NCBI GenBank assembly: GCA_964389475.1
Contig: CAYMFD010000001.1
Span: 52,942-116,941 of the forward strand
Source of the DNA: an uncultured Saprospiraceae bacterium
GTDB lineage: Bacteria > Bacteroidota > Bacteroidia > Chitinophagales > Saprospiraceae
Length of the DNA: 64,000 nucleotides
Direction: 5' to 3'
Shown: in pieces, positions 28,588 to 38,750 of the stretch
Layout: the number at the start of each line of letters is the position of its first letter
How positions within the stretch are numbered: position 1 is the stretch's first letter
The notes under the pieces: model-generated
Seen by the model: only the letters and a program-made list of their open reading frames with translations
Database searches by the model: none
Told to the model about the DNA's origin: nothing
Made by a program: the position numbers and the translations under genes

Positions 28588-30759
28588 ATGCTCTCTAGGA
28601 TAGCCTTATCTTTAGTGTTGAGACTTACCATCTTGATGCATATGCCCCATAACCATACGTCTTGCTACTTAGCTCATTTAATGGCTGCGCCTACTCGCTA
28701 TGTAGGTGTTATTAGGCGGTTGTCAGTCTGGCTTTTTCTGCTAGGGTTTTCTTGGTCAGTAGGCTGGTCGCAGGATGTCACAACCGAGGACAGTCTTAAG
28801 CAATCACTTCTTGCAGCCCTTGCGACTCCGCAGGAGATAGACGACGTAGGTCCACTACAGGCGTTGACTCTATTCTATGGTGCTAGCTATAAGATGGATT
28901 CTCTCCGGAAGTATAATCAAATGCTAGCAGCCGAGGCACTCGAAGCACAGTCTTATGACCTACACGCAGGGGCTGTATTAGATATATGGGGTAGTAAGTT
29001 TACTTTAGGAAAAGACATTGACGATTATAAGGCTACTGTCGACTACCTAGACTCGTTGCGATATGCTGTGCCACTATCCTACGACGTAAGGGCACAGATT
29101 CATCTGTTGCTCGTTTCATACAATCTACAGCTCAACAATTGTGGGCTTGCACTTATGCACGGCGATACAGTCCTCATGTATACGGATAGTAGCGATGTCA
29201 TGACGACCAAGTGTTCTCGTAGAATACAGATCAGTGAGTCGAGCTCAAGCTGTGAGCACTATAACCGAGCCATCGATATCCTTCTGGAGGCCGAGGTGTT
29301 GACTCCTTTTACACAGAACCCCGTTTTCTTTGATTACAAAGTGACTTTTAATCTGGGTAAACTATTTCAGAGGATCGGTGATGATGACAAAGCCGCCTAC
29401 TACCTAGGAAAGGCACAGCGACTTGTAGAAACTAAGTACAAATCGTTTAGGGCGGATGTTTATTCTGAGCAAGCCAAACTTGATGTCGCTCAAGGTAGAT
29501 ACGCTGAGGCTGATAATAAAATTAGTAAGGGCCTCAGTGCTGTACACGCCTCACCCTTAAAATCTCGTGTAACCAATTTATACTTCCAAAAGCTAGACGT
29601 ACTGACATCACTGGGTCGACTCGCCGAAGCTCAAGTCTACGCTGATAGCTTAATCACGCAGATAGATAAGGGTCGTTCTCCCTACAACCTTTCTCGCTAC
29701 TACGGTGCTTTGGCAAGTCTAGCGGTTAAGCGTGGTAAACTCCCATCTGCTCGGCAAATACTAGATCGGGCTAAGCAGGAAGTCGCAAAAGGTCAGCAAG
29801 ACGGCTACCTTCTTCACGCAGAGTATGAATTGGCCAAGGCAGTGGTGGATACCAAGTCGGCTCTTAATTACTACATCGCATACCACCAGGTGCGAGACTC
29901 GATAGAGGCAGCTACAGACGTGCTGCGAGTGCAGCGTCTAGAGAATGACTACAACCGCAAGAAGAAGGAAGTCGAAATAGCAGCTCTTAATAAGCTTACA
30001 ATCGCTCAAGATAAAGCCATAGCTGTCAAGAATACAGCCCTCTCCCTCGGTGGTGCCGGGTTGTTTGCTTTGAGTTTGCTACTCTTTGGGCTCTACAGAC
30101 TGTATCAAAAGAATAGAGCACAGACGGTCCTGATCACCAAAGCCCTTAGTGAGAACAAGTTGTTACTACGAGAGATTCATCATCGTGTCAAAAACAACTT
30201 GCAGGTCATCAGCTCCCTCCTCAGTATGCAGACACGTAGATCGACAGACGCAGATGCGAGGGAGGCCCTGCGGTCGACCAATAGCCGTATACAGTCTGTA
30301 AGCTTGTTACACCAGAACCTTTATCAAGAAGAGAATATCACGGACGTAGACGTTAAGGACTACCTCAAGCGGCTGGTTGAGAGTATTGCCAGCTCCTACG
30401 ATAGTGGGGATCGCATACGTTTTGAGTTGGACCTAGAATCACTCCAGCTCGATGTAGACCAGCTCGTACCCGTAGGCTTGATCGCTAACGAACTGGTGTG
30501 TAATGCGGTAAAATACGCCTTCGATGAGGGTGTCGAGGGGACGATCGGCATATCTCTGAGTAGTACCGATACGGATTACCGCCTCCAGGTCCGCGACGAT
30601 GGCAAGGGCCTACCTACTCCGGAACTGGTCGTTAAGAAGCACTCCCTTGGCACACGGTTGATCAAGTCCTTCGTCGATCGACTAGATGGCAGGCTAGAGG
30701 TCGATAATCAGCAGGGGACTACTGTGACGATCACTTGGCCTAAAAACCAATCGTCATGA
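28588..30759 (+). CDS. TPR-repeat sensor histidine kinase (HisKA_2/HWE-like phosphoacceptor plus HATPase_c)
   Basis: [18 protein letters not shown] phosphoacceptor box. There is a TM helix near residue 500 and an HATPase region ([19 protein letters not shown]). The N-terminal TPR-like region is periplasmic or cytoplasmic. The true start may be near 28681. Confidence 0.8.
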   Translation: MLSRIALSLVLRLTILMHMPHNHTSCYLAHLMAAPTRYVGVIRRLSVWLFLLGFSWSVGWSQDVTTEDSLKQSLLAALATPQEIDDVGPLQALTLFYGASYKMDSLRKYNQMLAAEALEAQSYDLHAGAVLDIWGSKFTLGKDIDDYKATVDYLDSLRYAVPLSYDVRAQIHLLLVSYNLQLNNCGLALMHGDTVLMYTDSSDVMTTKCSRRIQISESSSSCEHYNRAIDILLEAEVLTPFTQNPVFFDYKVTFNLGKLFQRIGDDDKAAYYLGKAQRLVETKYKSFRADVYSEQAKLDVAQGRYAEADNKISKGLSAVHASPLKSRVTNLYFQKLDVLTSLGRLAEAQVYADSLITQIDKGRSPYNLSRYYGALASLAVKRGKLPSARQILDRAKQEVAKGQQDGYLLHAEYELAKAVVDTKSALNYYIAYHQVRDSIEAATDVLRVQRLENDYNRKKKEVEIAALNKLTIAQDKAIAVKNTALSLGGAGLFALSLLLFGLYRLYQKNRAQTVLITKALSENKLLLREIHHRVKNNLQVISSLLSMQTRRSTDADAREALRSTNSRIQSVSLLHQNLYQEENITDVDVKDYLKRLVESIASSYDSGDRIRFELDLESLQLDVDQLVPVGLIANELVCNAVKYAFDEGVEGTIGISLSSTDTDYRLQVRDDGKGLPTPELVVKKHSLGTRLIKSFVDRLDGRLEVDNQQGTTVTITWPKNQSS

Positions 30760-31361
30760 AAAAAATACTAATCGTAGAGGACGAGGTCGCCATCGGTGAA
30801 GACCTCCGAGACATCGTAGAGGATGCGGGCTATGAGGTGGTAGGTGTCGCTCACTCCTATAGCAAGGCGGTCACCCTCTTAAAGCGTCACGAGGTAGACC
30901 TGGCGATGCTAGATATAGCCCTGCATGGTGAGGGCTCAGGCCTTGATGTGGCTCAGGTGATCAACAGTGAGTACGGGTTTCCATTTGTCTTTCTTACCTC
31001 TTTTTCTGATCAGAATACCGTTACCGAGGTAGTAGCTACGCGACCGGCGGGCTACCTCGTCAAGCCATTTAAAGAGCAAGATATAGCCCCAGCAATCGCC
31101 CTTGCACTGAGCAATAGCGATACTACTAAAGCGACATTTCCAACCCTTGCCGTGGTCAATACCCGAAGTAATATGGATCTCAGCAATCAGGAATACAAAG
31201 TACTCGAACTCGTCTGTCAAGGCCTGAGTAACAAGGAGATAAGCGACCAACTATTTGTCAGTGTCAATACCACCAAGACTCACCTACGCCGCATTTTTAG
31301 TAAGCTAGATGTGCAGAGTAGGGTCAAACTGTTTAATGTCATCGATGAGATGAAGAAGTAG
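30756..31361 (+). CDS. Response regulator with a LuxR/FixJ-type HTH output domain
   Basis: Receiver domain (ILIVEDE...DLAMLDIAL) and a C-terminal LuxR HTH ([28 protein letters not shown]). It overlaps the kinase gene by 4 bp. Confidence 0.85.
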   Translation: MKKILIVEDEVAIGEDLRDIVEDAGYEVVGVAHSYSKAVTLLKRHEVDLAMLDIALHGEGSGLDVAQVINSEYGFPFVFLTSFSDQNTVTEVVATRPAGYLVKPFKEQDIAPAIALALSNSDTTKATFPTLAVVNTRSNMDLSNQEYKVLELVCQGLSNKEISDQLFVSVNTTKTHLRRIFSKLDVQSRVKLFNVIDEMKK

Positions 31362-31417
31362 GGTAGGGAGGCTCCTATTAGTAAAAGTTCTGAGTCATAT
31401 TTTGTTTATAGATAAAG

Positions 31418-31448
31418 AGAGGCCAACGATGTTATCTCGCTGGCCTCT
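31418..31448. terminator. Possible bidirectional terminator hairpin between convergent genes
   Basis: An 8-bp stem AGAGGCCA / TGGCCTCT encloses a 15-nt loop. It has only weak flanking U-tracts. Confidence 0.35.
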
Positions 31449-31450
31449 AG

Positions 31451-32551
31451 CTATTTAGGAGTAGTAATTAGTCCACGTAGCTGATCTATCACCTGACTGC
31501 TGCCATTGACGGTGATCTCGCCGATCTTATCAGAGATCCGCTCCATGTACTCCATTTCCTTGAGTCTATACAGCATGTCGTTGCTTTCCATCAGCTTAGC
31601 AGTATTGAGCAAGCTTCTGGTAGATGCTGTTTCTTCTCGTCGCATAATGACATTGGCTTGCGCTGCCTTCTCGGCGATCAAAACCCTATTCATAATTTCC
31701 TTGACGTCACCAGGTAAGATGATATCACGGATGCCACAGCTTACTAGCTTGATACCTAAGCTTTTGGCTTGGTCTTGAGCATATTGCTGGATGTAAGGAC
31801 CCGCTACCGTCTTGTTAGCTAAGAAGTCATCAAGTGAGTACTGACCGACATACTCTCTGATACCAAGCTGAATTAGGATGTAGAGCTGTCTAGCGAAGTC
31901 TTTGGTCTCGTCCATTGCCACCACCACATCATCTATCTCATAGGATGCATAGGCATTGACTCTGATCGCCGCCTTATCCTTGGTGAGTAGTTCTTGACCA
32001 CTGACCTCGACTTGCTGTGTACGCATGTCTGCCTTCTTGATGACGATATTTTTGTCGCCTACCCAATAGTAGTAGGTGCCGCTACCGAGTTGCTGGACGA
32101 GGACGCCATCTATATATAGTAGTGCTCGCTCGTACGATTCGATCACATGACGACTCACATATCGTCTTATTATCGCGAGGTTAAGTACTTTTCTGTTGAT
32201 ATCAGCTGATGCCTGACCGCTATTGAGATCAATTAAGTCATAGCTGTAGTTGATACCTTCATTCCAGTAGCAGTACCTGCCTGGTTCCAGTACTTGGTTG
32301 ACATTTCCATCCTTGTATTGGATCAAGATTTCAGAGTCTGCCACCCGTTTGACATCCGTCTGCTCTTTGAATGCCGGATTCTTTAGCAATAGATCTAGGT
32401 CCATTTCGTGGTAGAATAGTTCTGTCACGTCGCAGCGGGTGACGGTCTTATTCCATCCTAGCCAGTGTCTGCCTTCAGACAGGACGTCTACTAGTTTTCC
32501 ATTTTTGAATACGAGTGCCTTTTCGTAGGCCAAAACATTGATTAGTCTCAT
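31451..32551 (-). CDS. SPFH/band-7 domain protein (stomatin/flotillin-like)
   Basis: 366 aa with a band-7-like core and a C-terminal coiled-coil region (VLIAEKAAQANVIMRREETASTRSLLNTAKL). Confidence 0.6.
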   Translation of the reverse strand: MRLINVLAYEKALVFKNGKLVDVLSEGRHWLGWNKTVTRCDVTELFYHEMDLDLLLKNPAFKEQTDVKRVADSEILIQYKDGNVNQVLEPGRYCYWNEGINYSYDLIDLNSGQASADINRKVLNLAIIRRYVSRHVIESYERALLYIDGVLVQQLGSGTYYYWVGDKNIVIKKADMRTQQVEVSGQELLTKDKAAIRVNAYASYEIDDVVVAMDETKDFARQLYILIQLGIREYVGQYSLDDFLANKTVAGPYIQQYAQDQAKSLGIKLVSCGIRDIILPGDVKEIMNRVLIAEKAAQANVIMRREETASTRSLLNTAKLMESNDMLYRLKEMEYMERISDKIGEITVNGSSQVIDQLRGLITTPK

Positions 32552-32920
32552 GACTTTACATATTTATAAAAAAGTGATTTGTGACAAATGATGAGAATGC
32601 TATATCCGTAAGGCCCATCGGCATCAGTGGATTACTGCTTGAGTCCCGTAGCCATCTTCCTTGTCCACATTACTGGTACACCTAGTGATATCACGTAAGT
32701 ATCGTGCAGTGGAGGAGGTAGCGCCTACGAGGCGGTATCCGCAGTGATCAGACCTCAACCCATGTGTCGCACATCGATCTACAGGCGTAGCCCATAGATT
32801 TTCAGTTTGACGTGGTCTTACAGATATAGCCGTTCCCTTGTGGTAATCTTGTTTATAGTGTGATCAGCACTTGCGTTAATAGCGATAGATCCGAAATCTA
32901 TTGTGTAAACCAGTTCCACC

Positions 32921-33091
32921 ACTGGCCATTGCTGACCAGGCAGGACTCGAACCTGCATTGCTAAAATTCCAATGTTCTACCAGCTGAACTACCCGAGCAA
33001 GCTCGGAGTGGGAATCGAACCCACGACCCTTGGAAGGTTGGCGTCCCTACATCACACCGCGACCAGCATACTGGCCAGCATGGCTGACCAG
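32921..33091 (-). other. Rearranged tRNA-derived segments (pseudo-tRNA): two intact T-arms and one D-arm, with no complete cloverleaf
   Basis: The reverse complement contains T-arms GCAGGTTCGAGTCCTGC and GTGGGTTCGATTCCCAC, and a 5' half GCTCGGG-TA-GTTCAGCTGGTAGAAC. The matching 3' acceptor TCCGAGC lies upstream of that 5' half. The anticodon arms are non-canonical. The region is flanked by direct repeats ACTGGCCA..GCTGACCAG at 32921 and 33070. Confidence 0.35.
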
Positions 33092-33412
33092 CACTATGGA
33101 GCTATACAGAAACCCTCATCAGGTGTCGTCGTATGCAATGGTAAAGACCTCTTTTGCTGTATCGCTACAGCTATATCTTTATTGTCAATATTGCGCAAGC
33201 ATGTAGTTGATATACTTATGATTGCAAGCGTCATCCACATCTTTATCTGAATGATAATACAAAGAAATACTTCTACTACGCAGTGATGTTGCGTAGTTAA
33301 GCACTTTGTGGTATTGAGCTACAGCTTGCCATGCTATGATGGTTTTGCCTAGTTAGCACTGGCGCAAATTGTTGCCTTGTACTAGCATCTCCTTTTAAGA
33401 AGATTATTGCTG

Positions 33413-33483
33413 ATGTCCTGACTGGGATCGAACCAATACTACCCGAATCAAAATCGGATGTGCTACCCTTACACCACAGGACA
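33413..33483 (-). tRNA. tRNA-Gln (anticodon TTG)
   Basis: Folded by hand as acceptor TGTCCTG/CAGGACA, a 3-bp D-stem, anticodon stem TCCGA/TCGGG with loop TTTTGAT, and T-arm ATTGG-TTCGATC-CCAGT. CCA is not encoded. Confidence 0.7.
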
Positions 33484-33489
33484 TAGTTG

Positions 33490-33564
33490 TGGTACCCCGT
33501 ACGGGGATCGAACCCGTATCTCTCGATAGAAAGTCGAGTGTACTAGCCATTATACCAACGGGGC
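33490..33564 (-). tRNA. tRNA-Glu (anticodon TTC)
   Basis: Folded by hand as acceptor GCCCCGT/ACGGGGT, D-arm GTAT-AATGGCTA-GTAC, anticodon stem CTCGA/TCGAG with loop CTTTCTA, and T-arm ACGGG-TTCGATC-CCCGT. The 3' CCA is encoded. Confidence 0.8.
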
Positions 33565-33675
33565 TCACCTACGACGGTATCATCGCAGTATCCATTGTTC
33601 TATCATCGCATCGCAGTCGATGAGTTTGGTTGAACTAAGGATTTAGTTAAGCGTCAAATTATCTGGAGAGAATAG

Positions 33676-33714
33676 AATAAAAAAAGCGCTACTTGATACC
33701 TCAAGAAGCGCTTT
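33676..33714 (-). terminator. Rho-independent terminator (minus strand)
   Basis: An 8-bp stem AAAGCGCT / AGCGCTTT encloses a 16-nt loop. On the minus strand it is followed by TTTTTTTATTC. Confidence 0.55.
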
Positions 33715-34074
33715 TCTACGACTTAGCATGTTTAATACTAGTTTATAGGCATTTCTTGAATCTCATACTGCACCTCCATCTGTTCTCGCTGTATATCTTT
33801 TGACCCCTGGAGTGTTGTTAAGTGATTCATGATTTCTGTTTCTAATTCCGTTGCAAAGGTAACTACATTTTATACTTGTGCAACTATTTTTATGAAATAA
33901 ATAATTAATTTTCAAGGATTTATGTTAATTGTGGGCATAAGGATGCCGCTCGCCAGTTATCATTGGATATGGCTGATGCTACTGATCATAGAGCACTCTA
34001 CTAGGTATATGTATTGACTTACGATGGGTTAATGGTCATAGTGAGTATTGATTGAAGGCTAGGAAGATTATGGG

Positions 34075-34110
34075 TATAAAAAAAGCGGCTCACCTAATGG
34101 CAAGCCGCTT
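34075..34110 (-). terminator. Rho-independent terminator (minus strand), likely the rtcB terminator
   Basis: An 8-bp stem AAGCGGCT / AGCCGCTT encloses a 12-nt loop. On the minus strand it is followed by a 7-U tract. Confidence 0.6.
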
Positions 34111-34391
34111 CGTATACTTAGTAAGATCTGTCTTGATTACGTGATAGCATAGAGGTATTGACTCACCACTGTATTACAGTGTTGTTCTGAGATATTACTC
34201 TCGATTGATTGTTGTGATCTGTAGTGTGCTATATGTAGTATGCTACCGTTCATAGTGTCATGTCGTAACGCAAAGGTATAAAGTTTCTCTGAGGGCGGTT
34301 ACTAGCCTAGGTTTCGTCTCACCTAGCTAGAGTATGGACTGTCCTGTATAGCTAAATTTGTGGAGGTGTTACTCTTGCCTAACGATTGCCC

Positions 34392-35789
34392 CTACTTAGG
34401 ATTTGACCGACTATCCTTACGACTCTTGCGTTTGCGCCATGGAGCATCGACTTGCCAGTCGCCGGCCATAATACTGCCATAGGGTAGTACTCGATCGGTT
34501 ACGTTACCTAGTCCGAAATCCTTCATCTGTTGCTGTACCGTTGCCGCATTTTTATAAGCTGATGGCAGCTCTGATATGTCGATGTGTCCGGAGAAGAAGC
34601 GTACATCTAGGCCTTCTGTCTCTTCTGCGAATACCTGGTCAATGGTCTTTTCTTCCTTGGTCCTCTTATGAGCAGTACGACTCATATTTCGTCCCGCGCC
34701 ATGTGGCGCAAATCCCATGTTGGTACTTGTTGTCTCTCCATCCACAATCAATATCGGTTCACTCATATTGAGCGGGATCAATCGCATACTGTCAGCTGCA
34801 TCTGCCACAAAGCTGGCGTCAAGTGGTGTAGCTCCTTTGGCATGATAGAAGTCATCCCCCTCTCTGAATACAAAGTTGTGCTCATTCCAAAACTGATGGA
34901 CAGGGTCCCGATCAAGCTGCGCATACGTAGCTTGGTGGAGCACTTGATGATTGAGCTTAGTCCATTGTCGTACGAGCTGTAGCGCTTCCCAATAGGCTTT
35001 ACCATCGTCTTGACAGTAGGGAATCCATGCATTGGTTTTTTTAGTGCCGGGAGAGATGTCCTTACGGTACCGCTCTGCTACCCGCATCCCTTGGGTGTAT
35101 AGGTGAGCTCCCAAACCTCTGCTTCCATGGTGGGTCACCATAACGGTTTCGCCTGTGCTTTCTAGTTGACCTATGTATAAGAAGTGGTTGCCATCTCCTT
35201 GCGTACCTAGGTGAGTCCGAGCTAAGTTCTGGCTCTTTTCATTAGACAAATAGTGATTTTGAGCCATGTCATAACGTAAGCGATCGGGTAAGTCAAAGTG
35301 GTCTTTCCGACCACCACCACCGAAATGTGTGATGCTATGAGCGGCATCCATCGCCACTTTAGGATCTACATGTCCTAGATTAGTCATCATGACGGAGCAG
35401 CAGATATCTGCGCTGTGCATTGCTGGATGTATGGCATCACGAGTCTTGACTACTCCTCCCACGGGTATAGTACCTACAGGCCCAGCAGGACAGGCGTCGG
35501 GCATCACTGCGCCGCCTATAACGGTAGGAGTTTTCATTACCTCGTTCATAGTTCTTATGACGGCATCTACGTTTTGCTGTTCCAGCTCGCTTTCTGCCTT
35601 GATGTTGAGCGAGTAGGCGTAAGGCTGATTTAGGGGCTCTATCATAGTTGGCTGCGCATGGTCTAGGTAATTCTTGAGTTTGTCTCCCTCTAATCTGTAG
35701 GTGTTGACATGTTCTAACGCTGTTCTGAACCACTTGCCTTGCTGGTACCCCATCGCGATTAAGTCTCGCCCTTTAATTTTCTTTTTCAT
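34392..35789 (-). CDS. rtcB: RtcB-family RNA 3'-phosphate ligase (465 aa)
   Basis: RtcB metal- and GTP-binding motifs are present: PDACPAG, THHGSRGLG and APHGAGRNMSRTAHKR, together with a Cys-containing active-site region (HSADICCSVM). Confidence 0.85.
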   Translation of the reverse strand: MKKKIKGRDLIAMGYQQGKWFRTALEHVNTYRLEGDKLKNYLDHAQPTMIEPLNQPYAYSLNIKAESELEQQNVDAVIRTMNEVMKTPTVIGGAVMPDACPAGPVGTIPVGGVVKTRDAIHPAMHSADICCSVMMTNLGHVDPKVAMDAAHSITHFGGGGRKDHFDLPDRLRYDMAQNHYLSNEKSQNLARTHLGTQGDGNHFLYIGQLESTGETVMVTHHGSRGLGAHLYTQGMRVAERYRKDISPGTKKTNAWIPYCQDDGKAYWEALQLVRQWTKLNHQVLHQATYAQLDRDPVHQFWNEHNFVFREGDDFYHAKGATPLDASFVADAADSMRLIPLNMSEPILIVDGETTSTNMGFAPHGAGRNMSRTAHKRTKEEKTIDQVFAEETEGLDVRFFSGHIDISELPSAYKNAATVQQQMKDFGLGNVTDRVLPYGSIMAGDWQVDAPWRKRKSRKDSRSNPK

Positions 35790-35928
35790 CTCGTTTGTAA
35801 TTATAGTCCAAAGATGATTCAGTATTGCGCAATATATTTGCGTAGTAAAAGATGGCTTGACTTTTTATGATAAATTCGACTCACTACCACCTTGTAATAT
35901 CAACTGATTACTCATCTCAATACTCCTA

Positions 35929-36948
35929 ATGGCAACCAACAAAAATGCACTGATCAGATATCGTACAATCGATAGATGTCTGCAGAATACAGGCAGAAAG
36001 TGGACACTACAAGACCTCATAGAGGAGTGCTCGCAGGCACTATACGAATACGAGGGCAAGCACTCAGAGGTAAGTAAGCGTACAGTCCAGCTCGATATAC
36101 AGGTGATGCGCAGCGATAAGCTCGGGTACAATGCACCCATCATCGTAGTAGGAAGAAAATACTACACATACGGTGATCCAGATTATACGATCACTGATCT
36201 ACCTATCGATCAGATGGATATGGATGTATTGCAAGAGTCTATGGAGATGCTGCGCCAGTTCAAGGACTTTTCGCTCTTCAGAGATCTCAATGGCGTGATA
36301 CAGAAACTGGAGGATAAGATATATCGAGGGAAGGGAGAGCGGAAGCCTATCATCCACCTTGATAAAAATGAGAATCTAAAAGGACTGGCTTTTATTGATG
36401 ATCTCTATCAGGCCATTATCAAAAAGATAGTGCTCAAGGTCAGTTACCAGTCCTTTAAGGCGAGGACTCCCAGTGACCTCGTAGTCCACCCACTGATACT
36501 CAAAGAGTATAATAACCGATGGTTTCTTATTGCGAGAAAACATGATCAAGACCTCCTCCTGACCATGGCGCTGGATCGAATACATAAGATTGATCTAGTA
36601 CTGGGTATAGAGTATGATGACAAGGCTTTTGACGCAGATTTATACTATCGCGATACCATAGGCGTCACGGTATTGTCCAAGAAGGCAGTGGAAGAAGTAG
36701 TAGTGCGAGTAGATCGCTACAATGCGCCTTACATAACTACTAAGCCGCTGCACCACTCGCAGCGCTTAGTCAATAGGGAAGATGATGGAGCCTGTACGTA
36801 TACTCTGCGAGTACATAACAACTTTGAGCTACAGCGACTATTGCTAGGTTTTGGTGCTGGCCTAGAGGTCATCAAGCCTCGACGCCTCAGAGGTCAGATC
36901 AAGAAGGCACTGCGGATGGCCTATGAACAATATGAGTTGAGAATCTGA
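35929..36948 (+). CDS. HTH-WYL-WCX transcriptional regulator
   Basis: N-terminal winged HTH (NALIRYRTIDRCLQNTGRKWTLQDLIEE). The central WYL domain carries the signature PLILKEYNNRWFLIARK. There is a C-terminal WCX-like extension. It is divergent from rtcB, with a 140-bp intergenic region. Confidence 0.8.
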   Translation: MATNKNALIRYRTIDRCLQNTGRKWTLQDLIEECSQALYEYEGKHSEVSKRTVQLDIQVMRSDKLGYNAPIIVVGRKYYTYGDPDYTITDLPIDQMDMDVLQESMEMLRQFKDFSLFRDLNGVIQKLEDKIYRGKGERKPIIHLDKNENLKGLAFIDDLYQAIIKKIVLKVSYQSFKARTPSDLVVHPLILKEYNNRWFLIARKHDQDLLLTMALDRIHKIDLVLGIEYDDKAFDADLYYRDTIGVTVLSKKAVEEVVVRVDRYNAPYITTKPLHHSQRLVNREDDGACTYTLRVHNNFELQRLLLGFGAGLEVIKPRRLRGQIKKALRMAYEQYELRI

Positions 36949-37048
36949 CTGTTACTGTGTCAATATGTATGATATAGTAGATATATGACCATATAAATCG
37001 AGGTAGTCAGGATGTGAGATACTATGAATGATTGTAGTCTCTGTCCCA

Positions 37049-37891
37049 CTAAAACGCATATGTAAAACCAGTCGTCACCGTGTAGAAGTGTAACCAGTTC
37101 CTAGTATACCCATCCGTGCCTGGCTCAGGATTGCTAGAGGTACCCACGGCACCACCAGCTAGATAGCGGAGGTTGAGGAATGCCGTGACCTGGTCGGCGA
37201 TTGTGATATTTTGGCGGAGGCTGGCGTCTATCAAGGCACCGGTGACTTCGCTATCGCTGCCGTTGAGGTAGCTGATAGGGGCATAGATCCCATCCACTTC
37301 GAACTCTAGGCTAGCATTATCGTTCTGGTGCCAGCTGGTCCTAGCCTTGAGTAGGGGTACAGGCCCGACGTCTCGATTGACACGGCGGAGGGAGCCGTCT
37401 GGTGACTCAAAACCGATAGTGGCATTTCGGATCTGGAGCGATCCACCTAGGGCGAGACGCCAGCGGTCATTACCAGTCTTGATCTTGCGTAGGTAACTCA
37501 GTCGATAGAAGGGAAATCCATAACTGAGGTCTAGGTTACTGCCAGCAGGAAAGACCACATCATCTACCCGCACATCTTCACGCAGGGACACCTCCGTATC
37601 AATAACAAGAGGCTGGTAGAGGAGTATCCATGTATGCTTGTCCTTGACGTCCAGCTCTAGTGATAGGCGGCTGACCGCGAATAGTATACTCTGGCCTCCA
37701 TCGGCCCTGTAGTCGAAGTAGGTGCCGGCATTACCGAACTGTACCTTGTGACTAGCAACTCCTAAAAAGCCCAGTTCGGCTACGGCTCTTACTTTATAAT
37801 TGTCACGGTCTACGGTCGCAGTGGCGTCCTGTGCGGTGATGCTAGTAGAGCCAACTATGAGGACAGTGAGAAGGATAAGGTACTTAAGCAT
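37049..37891 (-). CDS. Outer-membrane beta-barrel protein (hypothetical)
   Basis: It has a signal peptide, alternating amphipathic beta-strands and a C-terminal aromatic residue (FTYAF), a pattern typical of small OMPs. Confidence 0.5.
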   Translation of the reverse strand: MLKYLILLTVLIVGSTSITAQDATATVDRDNYKVRAVAELGFLGVASHKVQFGNAGTYFDYRADGGQSILFAVSRLSLELDVKDKHTWILLYQPLVIDTEVSLREDVRVDDVVFPAGSNLDLSYGFPFYRLSYLRKIKTGNDRWRLALGGSLQIRNATIGFESPDGSLRRVNRDVGPVPLLKARTSWHQNDNASLEFEVDGIYAPISYLNGSDSEVTGALIDASLRQNITIADQVTAFLNLRYLAGGAVGTSSNPEPGTDGYTRNWLHFYTVTTGFTYAF

Positions 37892-38099
37892 GGAGATCAG
37901 GTATTAGTTGTGCTGTGATTTTCAGGTCCACCTAATTGATACAAAGTGAACGATTCACATTTTTAACAACAAATACTTGATAATAGGTTGTACTATTTGT
38001 AGTCAATTATCTATGGATTGCAGTCGGTTTTTATCAGGTTAATCGAGCCCTCGTCTGTAGCAATCACACGCCAGTAAGATCCATCAGCGGACTTCACTA

Positions 38100-38750
38100 T
38101 TAATGCCCATTGCTAGGATCAGCAGTGATGAAGACCGAACCGTCCACCTCAAGCTTGAAGTTGAGGAACATCCCTGTAAAAATAGAAACCATACCTACAT
38201 CCCAGCCATTGATATCTTGGTTAAAGGCCTGGGCATCGTCAAACATTAGCGCCATCGACCCCGCGATAGAGACATCCCAGCTACTGATATCACCATTGAA
38301 CAGGTCCGTCTGCTGAAATGCTCCGCTAAAGGTGGTTATAGTAGAGACATCCCAGTGGTCTAGTGAGCTGTTGATCTTAGCGCAATTATAAAAAATACTA
38401 GAAAGGTTGGTTACACCACAGAGGTTGGGTGCATCTAGAGCCGTAATATTTAAGTTGTCACAATTAAAGAAGGCCGATTGCATGCTCGTCCATGGATTGT
38501 TATCCCATTGCTCGACGGTAAGGATCTTGTCATTTACTGTGGCACCATCAAATAGTATCCTTGGAAAGGTCCCTGTAATACTGACTGTGACTACCGTTGT
38601 ACCCAGTGGATAAGTAGGGGTTATGTCACCCGTAACGCCTACATCGTCTATGATTCCATCATTGTCCCAGTCCACACTGTAGTTGTAAGTACTACCATTA
38701 TGCGTAGGTATAGTGATCTGCCTGTTAGCCCCTACATCCCACGTAGTCAC
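38100..38750 (-). CDS. BspA-type/DUF285 repeat surface protein fragment (possibly a pseudogene or non-canonical start)
   Basis: It contains 26-residue repeats of the form WDVSxITxxxxMF...FNxDIS (WDVSTITTFSGAF, WDVSIAGSMALMF, WDVGMVSIFTGMF). An in-frame signal peptide TTTLLCLLLTLSASAQF lies upstream of the GTG start, with no ATG/GTG/TTG before the next stop. Confidence 0.55.
   Translation of the reverse strand: MTTWDVGANRQITIPTHNGSTYNYSVDWDNDGIIDDVGVTGDITPTYPLGTTVVTVSITGTFPRILFDGATVNDKILTVEQWDNNPWTSMQSAFFNCDNLNITALDAPNLCGVTNLSSIFYNCAKINSSLDHWDVSTITTFSGAFQQTDLFNGDISSWDVSIAGSMALMFDDAQAFNQDINGWDVGMVSIFTGMFLNFKLEVDGSVFITADPSNGH

Noticed and set aside
32972-33250. 92-aa plus-strand ORF overlapping the tRNA-like block
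   Set aside because: It is antisense to tRNA-derived sequence and has low-complexity composition. It lies in a tRNA region with no supporting context.
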